A stretch of DNA of 24,000 bases, taken from NCBI RefSeq assembly GCF_010435965.1, contig NZ_JAAGAA010000015.1, positions 7,842-31,841 on the forward strand. Reading direction: 5' to 3'. Below are positions 8,125 to 18,288 of the stretch, one piece after another. How positions within the stretch are numbered: the stretch's first letter is position 1; each line of letters opens with the position of its first letter. The DNA is from Crenobacter caeni (GTDB lineage: Bacteria; Pseudomonadota; Gammaproteobacteria; Burkholderiales; Chromobacteriaceae). The notes beneath the pieces are model-generated. The model was not told the DNA's origin, made no database searches, and saw only the letters and a list, made by a program, of their open reading frames with translations. A program made the translations under genes and the position numbers.

Positions 8125-8182
8125 GGTGTGCTCCCTCATGCAATTTGCACGGCCAGTGTGGGTACTCCTGCTGCCGAAATCG

Positions 8183-8196
8183 TTGATTCCGGTCAA
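8183..8196. promoter_or_regulatory. FNR/DNR/NNR-type box in the nirE-norC divergent promoter region
   Basis: TTGATtccgGTCAA versus the consensus TTGAT-N4-ATCAA. Its centre is about 83 nt upstream of the norC ATG. Confidence 0.7.
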
Positions 8197-8272
8197 TGCT
8201 ATTCGAATTGCGTGGTTCGTATAGTTGACCGCGGTGCCGGGGCTTTCCGGCGTGTGTTTCGGGAGAGATGCC

Positions 8273-8698
8273 ATGAGTTCAAGCTTCACCAAATCGACAG
8301 CACGAAATATTTTCTTCGGCGGAAGTATGTTCTTTTTCCTGCTGTTTCTCGCTTTGAGTTACGACACCGTTCAAGCCATTCCCAAGCAAAGTCCGAAAGC
8401 AGTCATGACCGAACAGGTTGCGTTGGGGAAGCGGGTGTGGGAGGTCAATAACTGCATCGGCTGCCATACCTTGCTGGGCGAGGGCGCATATTTTGCGCCC
8501 GAACTTGGCAACGTCTACCAGCGGCGCGGCCCCGAGTTCATCAAGGCTTGGATTCAGGCACAGCCGACCAATGCACCGGGTCGCCGCCAGATGCCGCAGT
8601 TCCATCTGAGCCAGGAAGAGCTTGATGCGGTCGTTGCCTTCCTCAAGTACAGCTCCGAGATCAATACCAACAACTGGCCGCCGAACATCGAGGGCTGA
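8273..8698 (+). CDS. norC: nitric oxide reductase subunit C (membrane-anchored mono-heme cytochrome c)
   Basis: ATG at 8273 with GGGAGAG at 8261-8267. The protein has an N-terminal TM helix, then ...VWEVNNCIGCHTLLGEGAYFAPELGNV..., which contains CxxCH. norB follows directly. Confidence 0.92.
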   Translation: MSSSFTKSTARNIFFGGSMFFFLLFLALSYDTVQAIPKQSPKAVMTEQVALGKRVWEVNNCIGCHTLLGEGAYFAPELGNVYQRRGPEFIKAWIQAQPTNAPGRRQMPQFHLSQEELDAVVAFLKYSSEINTNNWPPNIEG

Positions 8699-8727
8699 GT
8701 TCAGATGAAAGCTGCAAAGATTCATAA

Positions 8728-10176
<1,449 letters not shown>

Positions 10177-10195
10177 CGAAGCGCTGACCTTGTCC

Positions 10196-10795
10196 GTGCC
10201 GGTGCACGGACAAGGCCGGGGTGATCGTTTAACGCCCGGCGAGCGATCCCTGTCGGGCGATCTGGCCATGTGGGGACTGATCGTCGCTGAGTTGGCCGTT
10301 TTTGGACTGCTGTTTTTTGCCTATGCCTGGCAGCGGCGCAGCCACGCCGAAGCGTACGCGACAGCACAGGCGACGCTGGCGTTGTGGCCGGCGCTCGTAG
10401 GGACGCTGGGCTTGCTCACTGGCAGCTTCGGTGTCGCGCTGGCCGTGCACGCCTGGTCACAGGGCTGGCACGCGCTGGCGCGCGCGGCGCTTTATCTTGG
10501 CATCGTGTCTGGTGCGGTCTTTATCCTGCTCAAGGGCGCTGACCTGCTGTCGCTTGGCGGTCGGGGCATCAGCCTGTCAAGCGGGGGGTTCTGGACGTTC
10601 TATCTTTTTCTGACTGGCTTTCACTACCTGCACGTGCTGCTGGGCTGGGGCTTACTACTGGTTGTAGCCTGGCGTGCCCGGCGCGGACGCTACGACCACG
10701 GCGACTATTCAGGCGTCGAAACGGTCGCCGCCTATTGGCACATGGTCGACCTGGTCTGGGTTGTCTTGTTCGCACTAATCTATGTCGCACGTTGA
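10196..10795 (+). CDS. norE: NorE, cytochrome c oxidase subunit III-like accessory protein of NO reductase (start uncertain)
   Basis: COX3-family signature (...FWTFYLFLTGFHYLHVLLG...VETVAAYWHMVDLVWVVLFALIYV). The frame is open from 10127. In-frame TTG 10190, GTG 10196 and GTG 10202 lie after the norB stop; I cannot choose among them. Confidence 0.75.
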   Translation: MPVHGQGRGDRLTPGERSLSGDLAMWGLIVAELAVFGLLFFAYAWQRRSHAEAYATAQATLALWPALVGTLGLLTGSFGVALAVHAWSQGWHALARAALYLGIVSGAVFILLKGADLLSLGGRGISLSSGGFWTFYLFLTGFHYLHVLLGWGLLLVVAWRARRGRYDHGDYSGVETVAAYWHMVDLVWVVLFALIYVAR

Positions 10796-10832
10796 TCCGC
10801 GCGTGTCCGATGCTGTCGGCCAGGGGAAAAAA

Positions 10833-11093
10833 ATGGAATCGAAACCTCGGCTGGATTTTCCGCTGTTAAGGCTGATCGTGGTGTTGCTGTTGCTGCTGGG
10901 CTTGTCGCTGGTTCAGGCAGGCGGCGAGCGCGAAGCCTGGCCGATGTCTGTTTTTATGCTTTTTGCCTGGCTCAAGGGCGCGCTGATCGCCGAGTACTTC
11001 ATGGCGCTGGCGTGGGCGCCGTGGGTGTGGCGGCTGCTGATCCACGTCTGGCTGCTGCTGGTTTGTGCCGGGCTTGCCCTGAGCTTCTTCTGA
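10833..11093 (+). CDS. small two/three-TM membrane protein, NorF/NirP-like (prokaryotic cytochrome oxidase subunit IV-like)
   Basis: Hydrophobic ORF containing WLKGALIAEYFMAL, which resembles the K..L....FM.L motif of bacterial subunit IV-like proteins. It sits after norE, as in norEF pairs. The ATG at 10833 has AGGGGA upstream. An alternative ATG at 10782 overlaps the norE stop. Confidence 0.5.
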   Translation: MESKPRLDFPLLRLIVVLLLLLGLSLVQAGGEREAWPMSVFMLFAWLKGALIAEYFMALAWAPWVWRLLIHVWLLLVCAGLALSFF

Positions 11094-11400
11094 GAAATAA
11101 CCGTCAACTACCCCGCCCTGAAGGGCGGAACTTGCTAACCGCGAGCTAGGTTGACCAGGGCGAGCGGATTTCCGAATCCGCTACGTGTGCAACAGGTCGT
11201 TAAGACTTACCAAGGGATGCTTCCTCAGTCCCTTGCTCTAAAAGGATTCGATCATGCTGGCGAAAGGTAAAGCGCCGAAGGTTGTTTCCGCCGCAAAAGC
11301 GGGAGCCGGTTGCGGACATGCCCGAGGAGAGCGAGGCGAAAGCCTCTGTCACAAGGCGCGTAAGCGCAAGATTTAGGAGTAATACGCAGTGAGCGTGTTT
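11094..11400 (+). ncRNA. candidate IscB omega-RNA (HEARO-type RNA); exact 5'/3' ends unknown
   Basis: About 295 nt of non-coding sequence lies immediately 5' of iscB on the same strand, where the omega-RNA lies in characterised IscB loci. It is dense in GC stems. Examples: 11113-11128; 11163-11182 (AGCGGATT-tccg-AATCCGCT); 11211-11235 (CAAGGGA-N11-TCCCTTG); 11333-11346 (GAGGC-GAAA-GCCTC); 11356-11367 (GCGC-GTAA-GCGC); and long-range GTCAAC 11103-11108 with GTTGAC 11150-11155. Confidence 0.6.
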
Positions 11401-12717
11401 GTACTCGATAAACGCAAAAAGCCGCTGATGCCGTGTTCGGAGAAACGCGCCCGCAAGCTGCTGGATGCAGGCCGGGCGGTGGTGGTTCGCGTCGTGCCGT
11501 TCACCATCCGGCTGAAAGACCGCGTGGGCGGGGAAGTCCAGCCGCTTCAGGTCAAACTCGATCCCGGCAGCAAAACCACCGGCATCGCGTTGGTGCGCGT
11601 AGAGGACGAGGCTGATCCTGAAAGCGGAGAGATGCGTCGCACTGTCCATCCGCTGTGGCTCGGCCACTTGCAACATCGCGGCGCAGCCATTCGGGAGGCG
11701 TTGCAGGCGCGACGCGCCTTGCGCCGCCGTCGCCGCAGTCAAAACCTGCGCCATCGTGCGCCACGGTTCGACAATCGCACCAGACCGGAAGGCTGGCTTG
11801 CACCCTCGCTACGGCATCGGCTGGAAACCACGCTGTCGTGGGTGCAACGGCTGTGCCGCTGGACGCCGGTTTCCGCGCTCGCTGTTGAGCGCGTGAGGTT
11901 CGACATGCAGGCGATGCAAAACCCCGAGATTACCGGCGTCGAATACCAGCAAGGCACGCTGCACGGGTACACCGTGCGCGAATACTTGCTGGAAAAATTC
12001 CAGCGCCAGTGCGCGTACTGCGATGCCTCGGACGTTTCCCTGCAAGTCGAGCATGTCCAGCCGCGTGCGCTGGGCGGATCGGATCGCGTCAGCAACCTCG
12101 CACTGGCTTGTCCGCCGTGCAACCAGAAGAAGGCTGCACAGCCGGTCGAAGTATTCCTGGCGAAGCAGCCGGAACGACTGGCCAAGCTGCGCCGGCAACT
12201 GAAGACCCCGTTGCACGACGCGGCTGCGGTCAACAGCACGCGCAATGCCATCGTGCAGGTGTTGCGGAAATCCGGCCTGCCCGTTGAGGCATCGGACGGT
12301 GGCAGAACGAAATACAATCGCCTCGCGCTGTCCGTACCCAAGATATATGCGCTGGATGCAGCCTGTGTCGGCAGAGTTGATGCGATTGGACTCTGGCAGC
12401 GCCCAGTGCTGGGAATCAAAGCCACCGGACGCGGCAGCTACCAGCGCACGCGACTGGATGGTTCGGGTTTCCCGCGTGGCTACCTCACCCGCAGCAAATG
12501 GCATTACGGCTTCCAGACCGGCGACCGGATACGGGCAGAAGTACAGACTGGCAAGAAAGCCGGTTCGTACACGGGGCGTGCGGCAGTTCGCGCCACCGGA
12601 AGTTTCAACATCCAGATTGCCGGTCAGCCGGCTGTACAAGGAATCAACCATCGGCATTGCCGGCTGATCCAGCGTGCGGACGGCTACGGTTACGCTTTTC
12701 AACCAAAGGCTGCTTAG
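11389..12717 (+). CDS. iscB: IscB, RNA-guided RuvC/HNH endonuclease (OMEGA system effector, Cas9 ancestor; RRXRR/HNH family)
   Basis: GTG start at 11389 with AGGAG at 11373-11377. Motifs: PLMP (KPLMPC, aa 11-16); RuvC-I KLDPGSKTTGIAL (D58); Arg-rich bridge helix RRALRRRRRSQNLRHRAPRFDNRTRPEGWL; RuvC-II AVERVRFD (E167). The HNH insert is CAYC...VEHVQP...SNLALACPPCNQKK (C208, C211, H222, N236, C241, C244). RuvC-III-like PKIYALDAACVG follows. The C-terminus GFQTGDRIRA...GSYTGRAAVRATGSFNI is TID-like. Confidence 0.9.
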   Translation: MSVFVLDKRKKPLMPCSEKRARKLLDAGRAVVVRVVPFTIRLKDRVGGEVQPLQVKLDPGSKTTGIALVRVEDEADPESGEMRRTVHPLWLGHLQHRGAAIREALQARRALRRRRRSQNLRHRAPRFDNRTRPEGWLAPSLRHRLETTLSWVQRLCRWTPVSALAVERVRFDMQAMQNPEITGVEYQQGTLHGYTVREYLLEKFQRQCAYCDASDVSLQVEHVQPRALGGSDRVSNLALACPPCNQKKAAQPVEVFLAKQPERLAKLRRQLKTPLHDAAAVNSTRNAIVQVLRKSGLPVEASDGGRTKYNRLALSVPKIYALDAACVGRVDAIGLWQRPVLGIKATGRGSYQRTRLDGSGFPRGYLTRSKWHYGFQTGDRIRAEVQTGKKAGSYTGRAAVRATGSFNIQIAGQPAVQGINHRHCRLIQRADGYGYAFQPKAA

Positions 12718-12752
12718 AGAAAGGAGAGCGGGTACAGGGAGCAGTCCAGCAT

Positions 12753-12800
12753 CGACGCCTGAGGCGTCGGCGCTATCCCTCCCCGGCATGAATGCCGGGG
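12753..12800 (+). repeat. two hairpins in the right-end region of the IscB element
   Basis: CGACGCC-tga-GGCGTCG (12753-12769) and CCCCGGCA-tgaa-TGCCGGGG (12781-12800). Neither is followed by a T-run, so they do not look like intrinsic terminators. The second is homologous to the hairpin at 7161-7178. Confidence 0.6.
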
Positions 12801-12816
12801 CTTCCCGCGCAAACTG

Positions 12817-13617
12817 ATGAATGCATTGCTTGAAATAATCCCGGCGCCGCCTTTTTACCAGAGTGTCGGTCGCGAGTGCGAGGTCTTTACTGCAGCATTC
12901 GAGGCGCGGCTGCCGGTACTGATCAAGGGGCCGACCGGTTGCGGAAAAACCCGTTTCGTCAGCCACATGGCCGAGCAGCTGGGGCTGACGCTGCATACCG
13001 TTGCCTGCCATGATGACCTGACCGCGGCCGACCTGGTCGGGCGGCACTTGATCACTGGCGGCGACACGGTCTGGGTTGACGGCCCGCTGACCCGTGCCGT
13101 GCGCAGCGGTGGTATCTGTTACCTTGACGAAGTGGTCGAGGCACGCAAGGACACGACGGTGGTCCTGCACCCGCTGACCGACGACCGGCGGATCCTGCCG
13201 ATCGAGCGCACGGGCGAGTTGTTGCACGCGCATCCTGACTTCATGCTGGTGGTGTCGTACAACCCCGGCTACCAGCATGTGCTGAAGACGCTCAAACCGT
13301 CGACGCGGCAACGTTTTGTCGCGTTGTCGTTCAATTTTGCCAGCCCCGAACTCGAGCGATCGGTACTGGTGACCGAGACCGGACTGGACGCCGGGCGCGC
13401 CGCCAGCCTGGTTACGCTCGCCGGACAAATCCGCCGCCTTGCCGGCGTCGACCTTGAAGAAGCTGTCAGCACCCGTTTGCTGGTCTACGCCGCGCGGTTG
13501 ATGGTCGCCGGCATGGACGAACGTGTCGCCTGCCGCGCCGCGCTGGTCGAGCCGCTGAGTGACGAGGAAGACACGCTCGCCGCCCTTGAGACCATCATCG
13601 CCGCCCAGTTCGGTTAA
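12817..13617 (+). CDS. norQ: NorQ/NirQ (CbbQ/MoxR-type AAA+ ATPase) NO reductase maturation factor
   Basis: Walker A PVLIKGPTGCGKTRFV and Walker B ICYLDEVVEA. The protein is 266 aa and norD follows. The ATG at 12817 has no SD and lies inside sequence homologous to the second right-end copy. Confidence 0.9.
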   Translation: MNALLEIIPAPPFYQSVGRECEVFTAAFEARLPVLIKGPTGCGKTRFVSHMAEQLGLTLHTVACHDDLTAADLVGRHLITGGDTVWVDGPLTRAVRSGGICYLDEVVEARKDTTVVLHPLTDDRRILPIERTGELLHAHPDFMLVVSYNPGYQHVLKTLKPSTRQRFVALSFNFASPELERSVLVTETGLDAGRAASLVTLAGQIRRLAGVDLEEAVSTRLLVYAARLMVAGMDERVACRAALVEPLSDEEDTLAALETIIAAQFG

Positions 13618-13626
13618 GGAGTCGCA

Positions 13627-15438
13627 GTGGAAGATACCGTCGGTAAGTGGTGGGACCGCCTGATCCGGCGAGTCGCGCGGCGTAGCTACCCACAAGCGGC
13701 GGTGACGCTGGAACAGGTCGAGCGGCTGGCACCCGTATTTTTTCGTGCATTGGGCGGTAGCAGCGCGCTGACGCTCAAGAGTGCCGTGGGCAGTCAGCAC
13801 GGCGCGCGGCGACGGTTTATCGAGCGTATTGCCGGTATCGGTGAGCGCGCCGAATTCGCCTGGGCCGATGACCATTCGTTTTTCCTGCCGGCGACCATGG
13901 ACGCGTTTGCTTCGCCGGACCTGAACCGTGACGTCTACCTGTGGCTGATCGCCTTGCTGGCGTTCGACGGTGGCGAGGCGTCGTGGTTCGAGCGCAACGT
14001 GCTGGCCAGCCGGCGCGTGTTAGCCGCGCTGCCGGGCTTTGTGCCGCTTTACCGGCGCTTGGTCGCCGCGCACCTGGCCCAGCGTGCGCCAGCGCCAGCG
14101 CCGGCCGCCGCTTTTGAGCACGCGCTGCGCCGGCAACTGACTGACACTGCGGCCGCCCTGGCCTGGTCCGGCCCGGTGCCGGCGCACGAGCCGGTGCCGC
14201 TCTGGTTGCACCCGTCAGCACCGGCCGAAGGTGCCGCCGCTGCGCCTAGGTCGGCACAGGACAACGCCGGTGGTAAAAGCCAGGACGGCAAACGCCGCCG
14301 GCGTTACCGGACGCGCCGTGAAACGCCGGACGAGCGGTGCAACGGCATGCTTCTGGTATTCCGTGCCGAGAGCATTTTCACCTGGGACGAGTACGTAAAA
14401 GTCAATCGACACCAGGACGAGGACGACGGCGACAGCTGCGCCAGCGCCGCCGAGGACATGGATCGGCTGACGCTGGCGGACGGCACGACCAAAGCCGGAC
14501 GCTTGCGCTTCGACCTTGACCTGCCCGCGGCCGCCTACGATGACACGCCGCTTGGCCCCGGCATCCTGTTGCCGGAGTGGCACTGGCGGCAGCAAAGGCT
14601 GGTGCCGGCACACTGCCACCTAAAACCGATGTACCCGGCCAGCGTGGTGGCACAGCCGCTGCCGGAGCATTTGCGCCGGACGGCACGCAGCCTGCGGCGC
14701 CAGTTTCAGGCACTGGCGCCTGAGCGGCAGCGGCGCAGTGGTGAAATGGACGGGCCGCAGATCGACCTTGACCGGCTGATTGCGTTTTTGAGCGAGCGCC
14801 GGCACGGCAATGTCAACGCCGAACCGGCGCTGTACCAGGCGTGGCCGCGTGCTGCGCGCTCGCTGGCATGCCTGACGCTGGCCGATTTGTCGTTGTCCAC
14901 CGAGAGTTGGGCGGGGAGTGCCGGGCGGGTAATCGACGTGATCCGCGATAGCCTGCTGCTGTTTGGCGAAGCACTCGACGCGTGCGGCGACGCGTTTGGC
15001 GTCTACGGCTTTTCCTCGATCCGGCGCAGTGAAGTGCGCTACCTGCTGCTTAAGGACTTCAGCGGCCCGTGGGATGACCTGGCGCGCGGCCGCATCATGG
15101 CGCTGCGGCCGGGCTACTACACCCGGCTGGGTGCCGCCATTCGCCATTCGGCTTCCATCCTGGCCGGCCAGCCGGCAGCGCGCAAACTGCTGTTGATCTT
15201 GTCTGACGGCAAGCCGAACGACCTGGACCATTACGAAGGCCGCTACGGCATCGAGGACACGCGCCAGGCTGTGCTCGAAGCGCGCCGTGCCGGGCTGGTG
15301 CCGTTTTGCGTTACCGTCGACGCCGAGGGGAGCGAGTATCTGCCGCACCTGTTCGGTGCCAACGGCTACGTCGTCGTCACGGACCCACGTCGGCTGCCTG
15401 CGGTGCTGACCCGGCTGTACAGCACGCTGACGCGCTAG
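13627..15438 (+). CDS. norD: NorD, von Willebrand factor A-domain NO reductase activation protein
   Basis: GTG at 13627 with AAGGAG at 13615-13620. The protein is 603 aa with a C-terminal VWA domain (...LLLILSDGKPNDLDHYEGRYGIEDTRQAV...VPFCVTVD...). It pairs with norQ. Confidence 0.9.
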   Translation: MEDTVGKWWDRLIRRVARRSYPQAAVTLEQVERLAPVFFRALGGSSALTLKSAVGSQHGARRRFIERIAGIGERAEFAWADDHSFFLPATMDAFASPDLNRDVYLWLIALLAFDGGEASWFERNVLASRRVLAALPGFVPLYRRLVAAHLAQRAPAPAPAAAFEHALRRQLTDTAAALAWSGPVPAHEPVPLWLHPSAPAEGAAAAPRSAQDNAGGKSQDGKRRRRYRTRRETPDERCNGMLLVFRAESIFTWDEYVKVNRHQDEDDGDSCASAAEDMDRLTLADGTTKAGRLRFDLDLPAAAYDDTPLGPGILLPEWHWRQQRLVPAHCHLKPMYPASVVAQPLPEHLRRTARSLRRQFQALAPERQRRSGEMDGPQIDLDRLIAFLSERRHGNVNAEPALYQAWPRAARSLACLTLADLSLSTESWAGSAGRVIDVIRDSLLLFGEALDACGDAFGVYGFSSIRRSEVRYLLLKDFSGPWDDLARGRIMALRPGYYTRLGAAIRHSASILAGQPAARKLLLILSDGKPNDLDHYEGRYGIEDTRQAVLEARRAGLVPFCVTVDAEGSEYLPHLFGANGYVVVTDPRRLPAVLTRLYSTLTR

Positions 15439-15718
15439 CCTACGACCCGGCCAAGCCGCCTTCCTGCACGAGGGCGGGGCGGCATGATTGTCCTCACGGC
15501 GCTGCCGTGCAAGCAGGCGTTTCCCTAGGTGTGTGGTAGCACCGTCACGTCTGCCACTTCCCCCTGTTGCGCCCCCTGCCTGCGGCTGGCGCCTGGTCGC
15601 TTAGTCTCGGCGAACGGATAACTGTGGTCCCATTAGTGGTGCACCCGTGTGGCGCCAGGCGTGTTGTGTGCGGACAGGTCGGGGGGCTTCCGCGTCCGGC
15701 TGTGCTTCTTGCGAATCA

Positions 15719-15732
15719 TTGACCCGAATCAA
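15719..15732. promoter_or_regulatory. FNR/DNR/NNR-type box upstream of nirS
   Basis: TTGACccgaATCAA, with its centre about 70 nt upstream of the nirS ATG at 15796. Confidence 0.7.
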
Positions 15733-15741
15733 GGCTGCTAG

Positions 15742-17520
<1,779 letters not shown>

Positions 17521-17571
17521 GCCCGGTTAACCGATCATTGATCCGAAGCGATACACCTCAAGGAGAGAAGC

Positions 17572-17880
17572 ATGAGAACGCTGTTGATTGGACTGACTGC
17601 TGCGGCCTTGCTGCTGCCGTCCGTGGTGCGCGCGGCCACGCCGCAGGAAATGGCCAAGCAGTACAACTGTCTGGCGTGCCATAGCACTGACAAGAAGCTG
17701 GTCGGCCCGTCGTTCAAGGAGATTTCCGCCAAGTACAAGGGGCAACAAGTGGAAGCGCGGCTGGTGGAGAAGGTCAAGAAGGGGGGGGCTGGCAGTTTCG
17801 GACTGGTGCCGATGGCACCCAATGCACAGGTACCGGACGCTGACCTGAAGGCCATGGTCAAGTGGGTACTGGCGATGTAA
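17572..17880 (+). CDS. nirM: cytochrome c551 (class I c8-type), electron donor to NirS
   Basis: 102 aa with a signal peptide, then NCLACHSTDKKLVGPSFKEISAKY...GLVPMAPNA...MVKWVL. It is colinear with Pseudomonas cytochrome c551 as I recall it. AAGGAGAG lies upstream. Confidence 0.85.
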   Translation: MRTLLIGLTAAALLLPSVVRAATPQEMAKQYNCLACHSTDKKLVGPSFKEISAKYKGQQVEARLVEKVKKGGAGSFGLVPMAPNAQVPDADLKAMVKWVLAM

Positions 17881-17890
17881 GAGCAGGGGG

Positions 17891-17910
17891 CCGGTCCTGT
17901 GTCGGGCCGG
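17891..17910 (+). terminator. possible weak intrinsic terminator/attenuator after nirM
   Basis: CCGGTCC-tgtgtc-GGGCCGG is a 7-bp stem including one G-T pair. It is followed by CTGTTGTCCAGTTTGT, which is only moderately T-rich. Confidence 0.3.
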
Positions 17911-17937
17911 CTGTTGTCCAGTTTGTGGAGTTGACTG

Positions 17938-18288
17938 ATGAAGCGCGTGCTGGAGGTCTTGAGACTCCTGATGGAGACAGCAGTGCTGGTGGGTGCGAGC
18001 CTGATGTTTGTATCCGAAGCCTTCGGAGAAGAGCTAAGTGCCATTAGACAGGCGGAACTCCGCTATCTGGTACGCCAGGACTGTGGCGCGTGCCACGGTC
18101 TGACCTTGCAAGGCGGCCTGGGCAGCCCGCTAACTGCCGCGGCGCTGGCCGGCAAGGACGACGACGGCTTGGTGGCCACGATCTTGCAAGGCCGCCCCGG
18201 CAGCGCGATGCCGCCGTGGCAGGCGTATATCAACGGAGCTGAGGCGCAGTGGATCGTGGATTGGCTGCGCGCGGGGGGGCAACCATGA
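17938..18288 (+). CDS. nirC: cytochrome c55X-type mono-heme cytochrome NirC
   Basis: 116 aa with a signal/TM segment, then LVRQDCGACHGLTLQGGLGSPL...GRPGSAMPPW, as in NirC. It is positioned between nirM and nirF. Confidence 0.8.
   Translation: MKRVLEVLRLLMETAVLVGASLMFVSEAFGEELSAIRQAELRYLVRQDCGACHGLTLQGGLGSPLTAAALAGKDDDGLVATILQGRPGSAMPPWQAYINGAEAQWIVDWLRAGGQP

Larger units (their letters stand above)
11094..12823 (+). mobile_element. IS200/IS605-superfamily IscB element (omega-RNA + iscB, no tnpA); boundaries approximate
   Basis: It occupies the whole spacer between the norF-like stop (11093) and the norQ start. The subterminal hairpins are CCGCCC-TGAA-GGGCGG (11113-11128) near the left end and CCCCGGCA-TGAA-TGCCGGGG (12781-12800) near the right end. 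The right-end sequence recurs at 7136-7190 on the minus strand. Confidence 0.6.

Noticed and set aside
11132-11185. Sigma70-type promoter for the omega-RNA (TTGCTA at 11132, TTGACC at 11151)
   Set aside because: Neither -35-like hexamer is followed by an acceptable -10 hexamer at 16-18 nt spacing, so no promoter is claimed.
11200-11754. 184-aa minus-strand ORF covering the iscB upstream region and the 5' end of iscB
   Set aside because: It overlaps the well-supported iscB N-terminus in antisense and has no recognisable motifs. The upstream region is better explained as structured RNA.
11809-13875. 688-aa ORF on the minus strand spanning iscB, norQ and the norD start
   Set aside because: It lies antisense to three genes with strong family signatures. 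Its translation is Arg/Gly/Ala/Pro-rich and motif-free, with no RBS. This is a typical shadow ORF in GC-rich DNA. The same reasoning applies to 3347-4057(-), 9463-10269(-), 14620-15348(-), 15934-17022(-), 18594-19535(-) and similar track entries.
14085-14115. Short GCGCCA/GCGCCG repeats in norD (encoding APAPAPAAA)
   Set aside because: This is a low-complexity Ala/Pro linker inside a coding region, not a repeat element.
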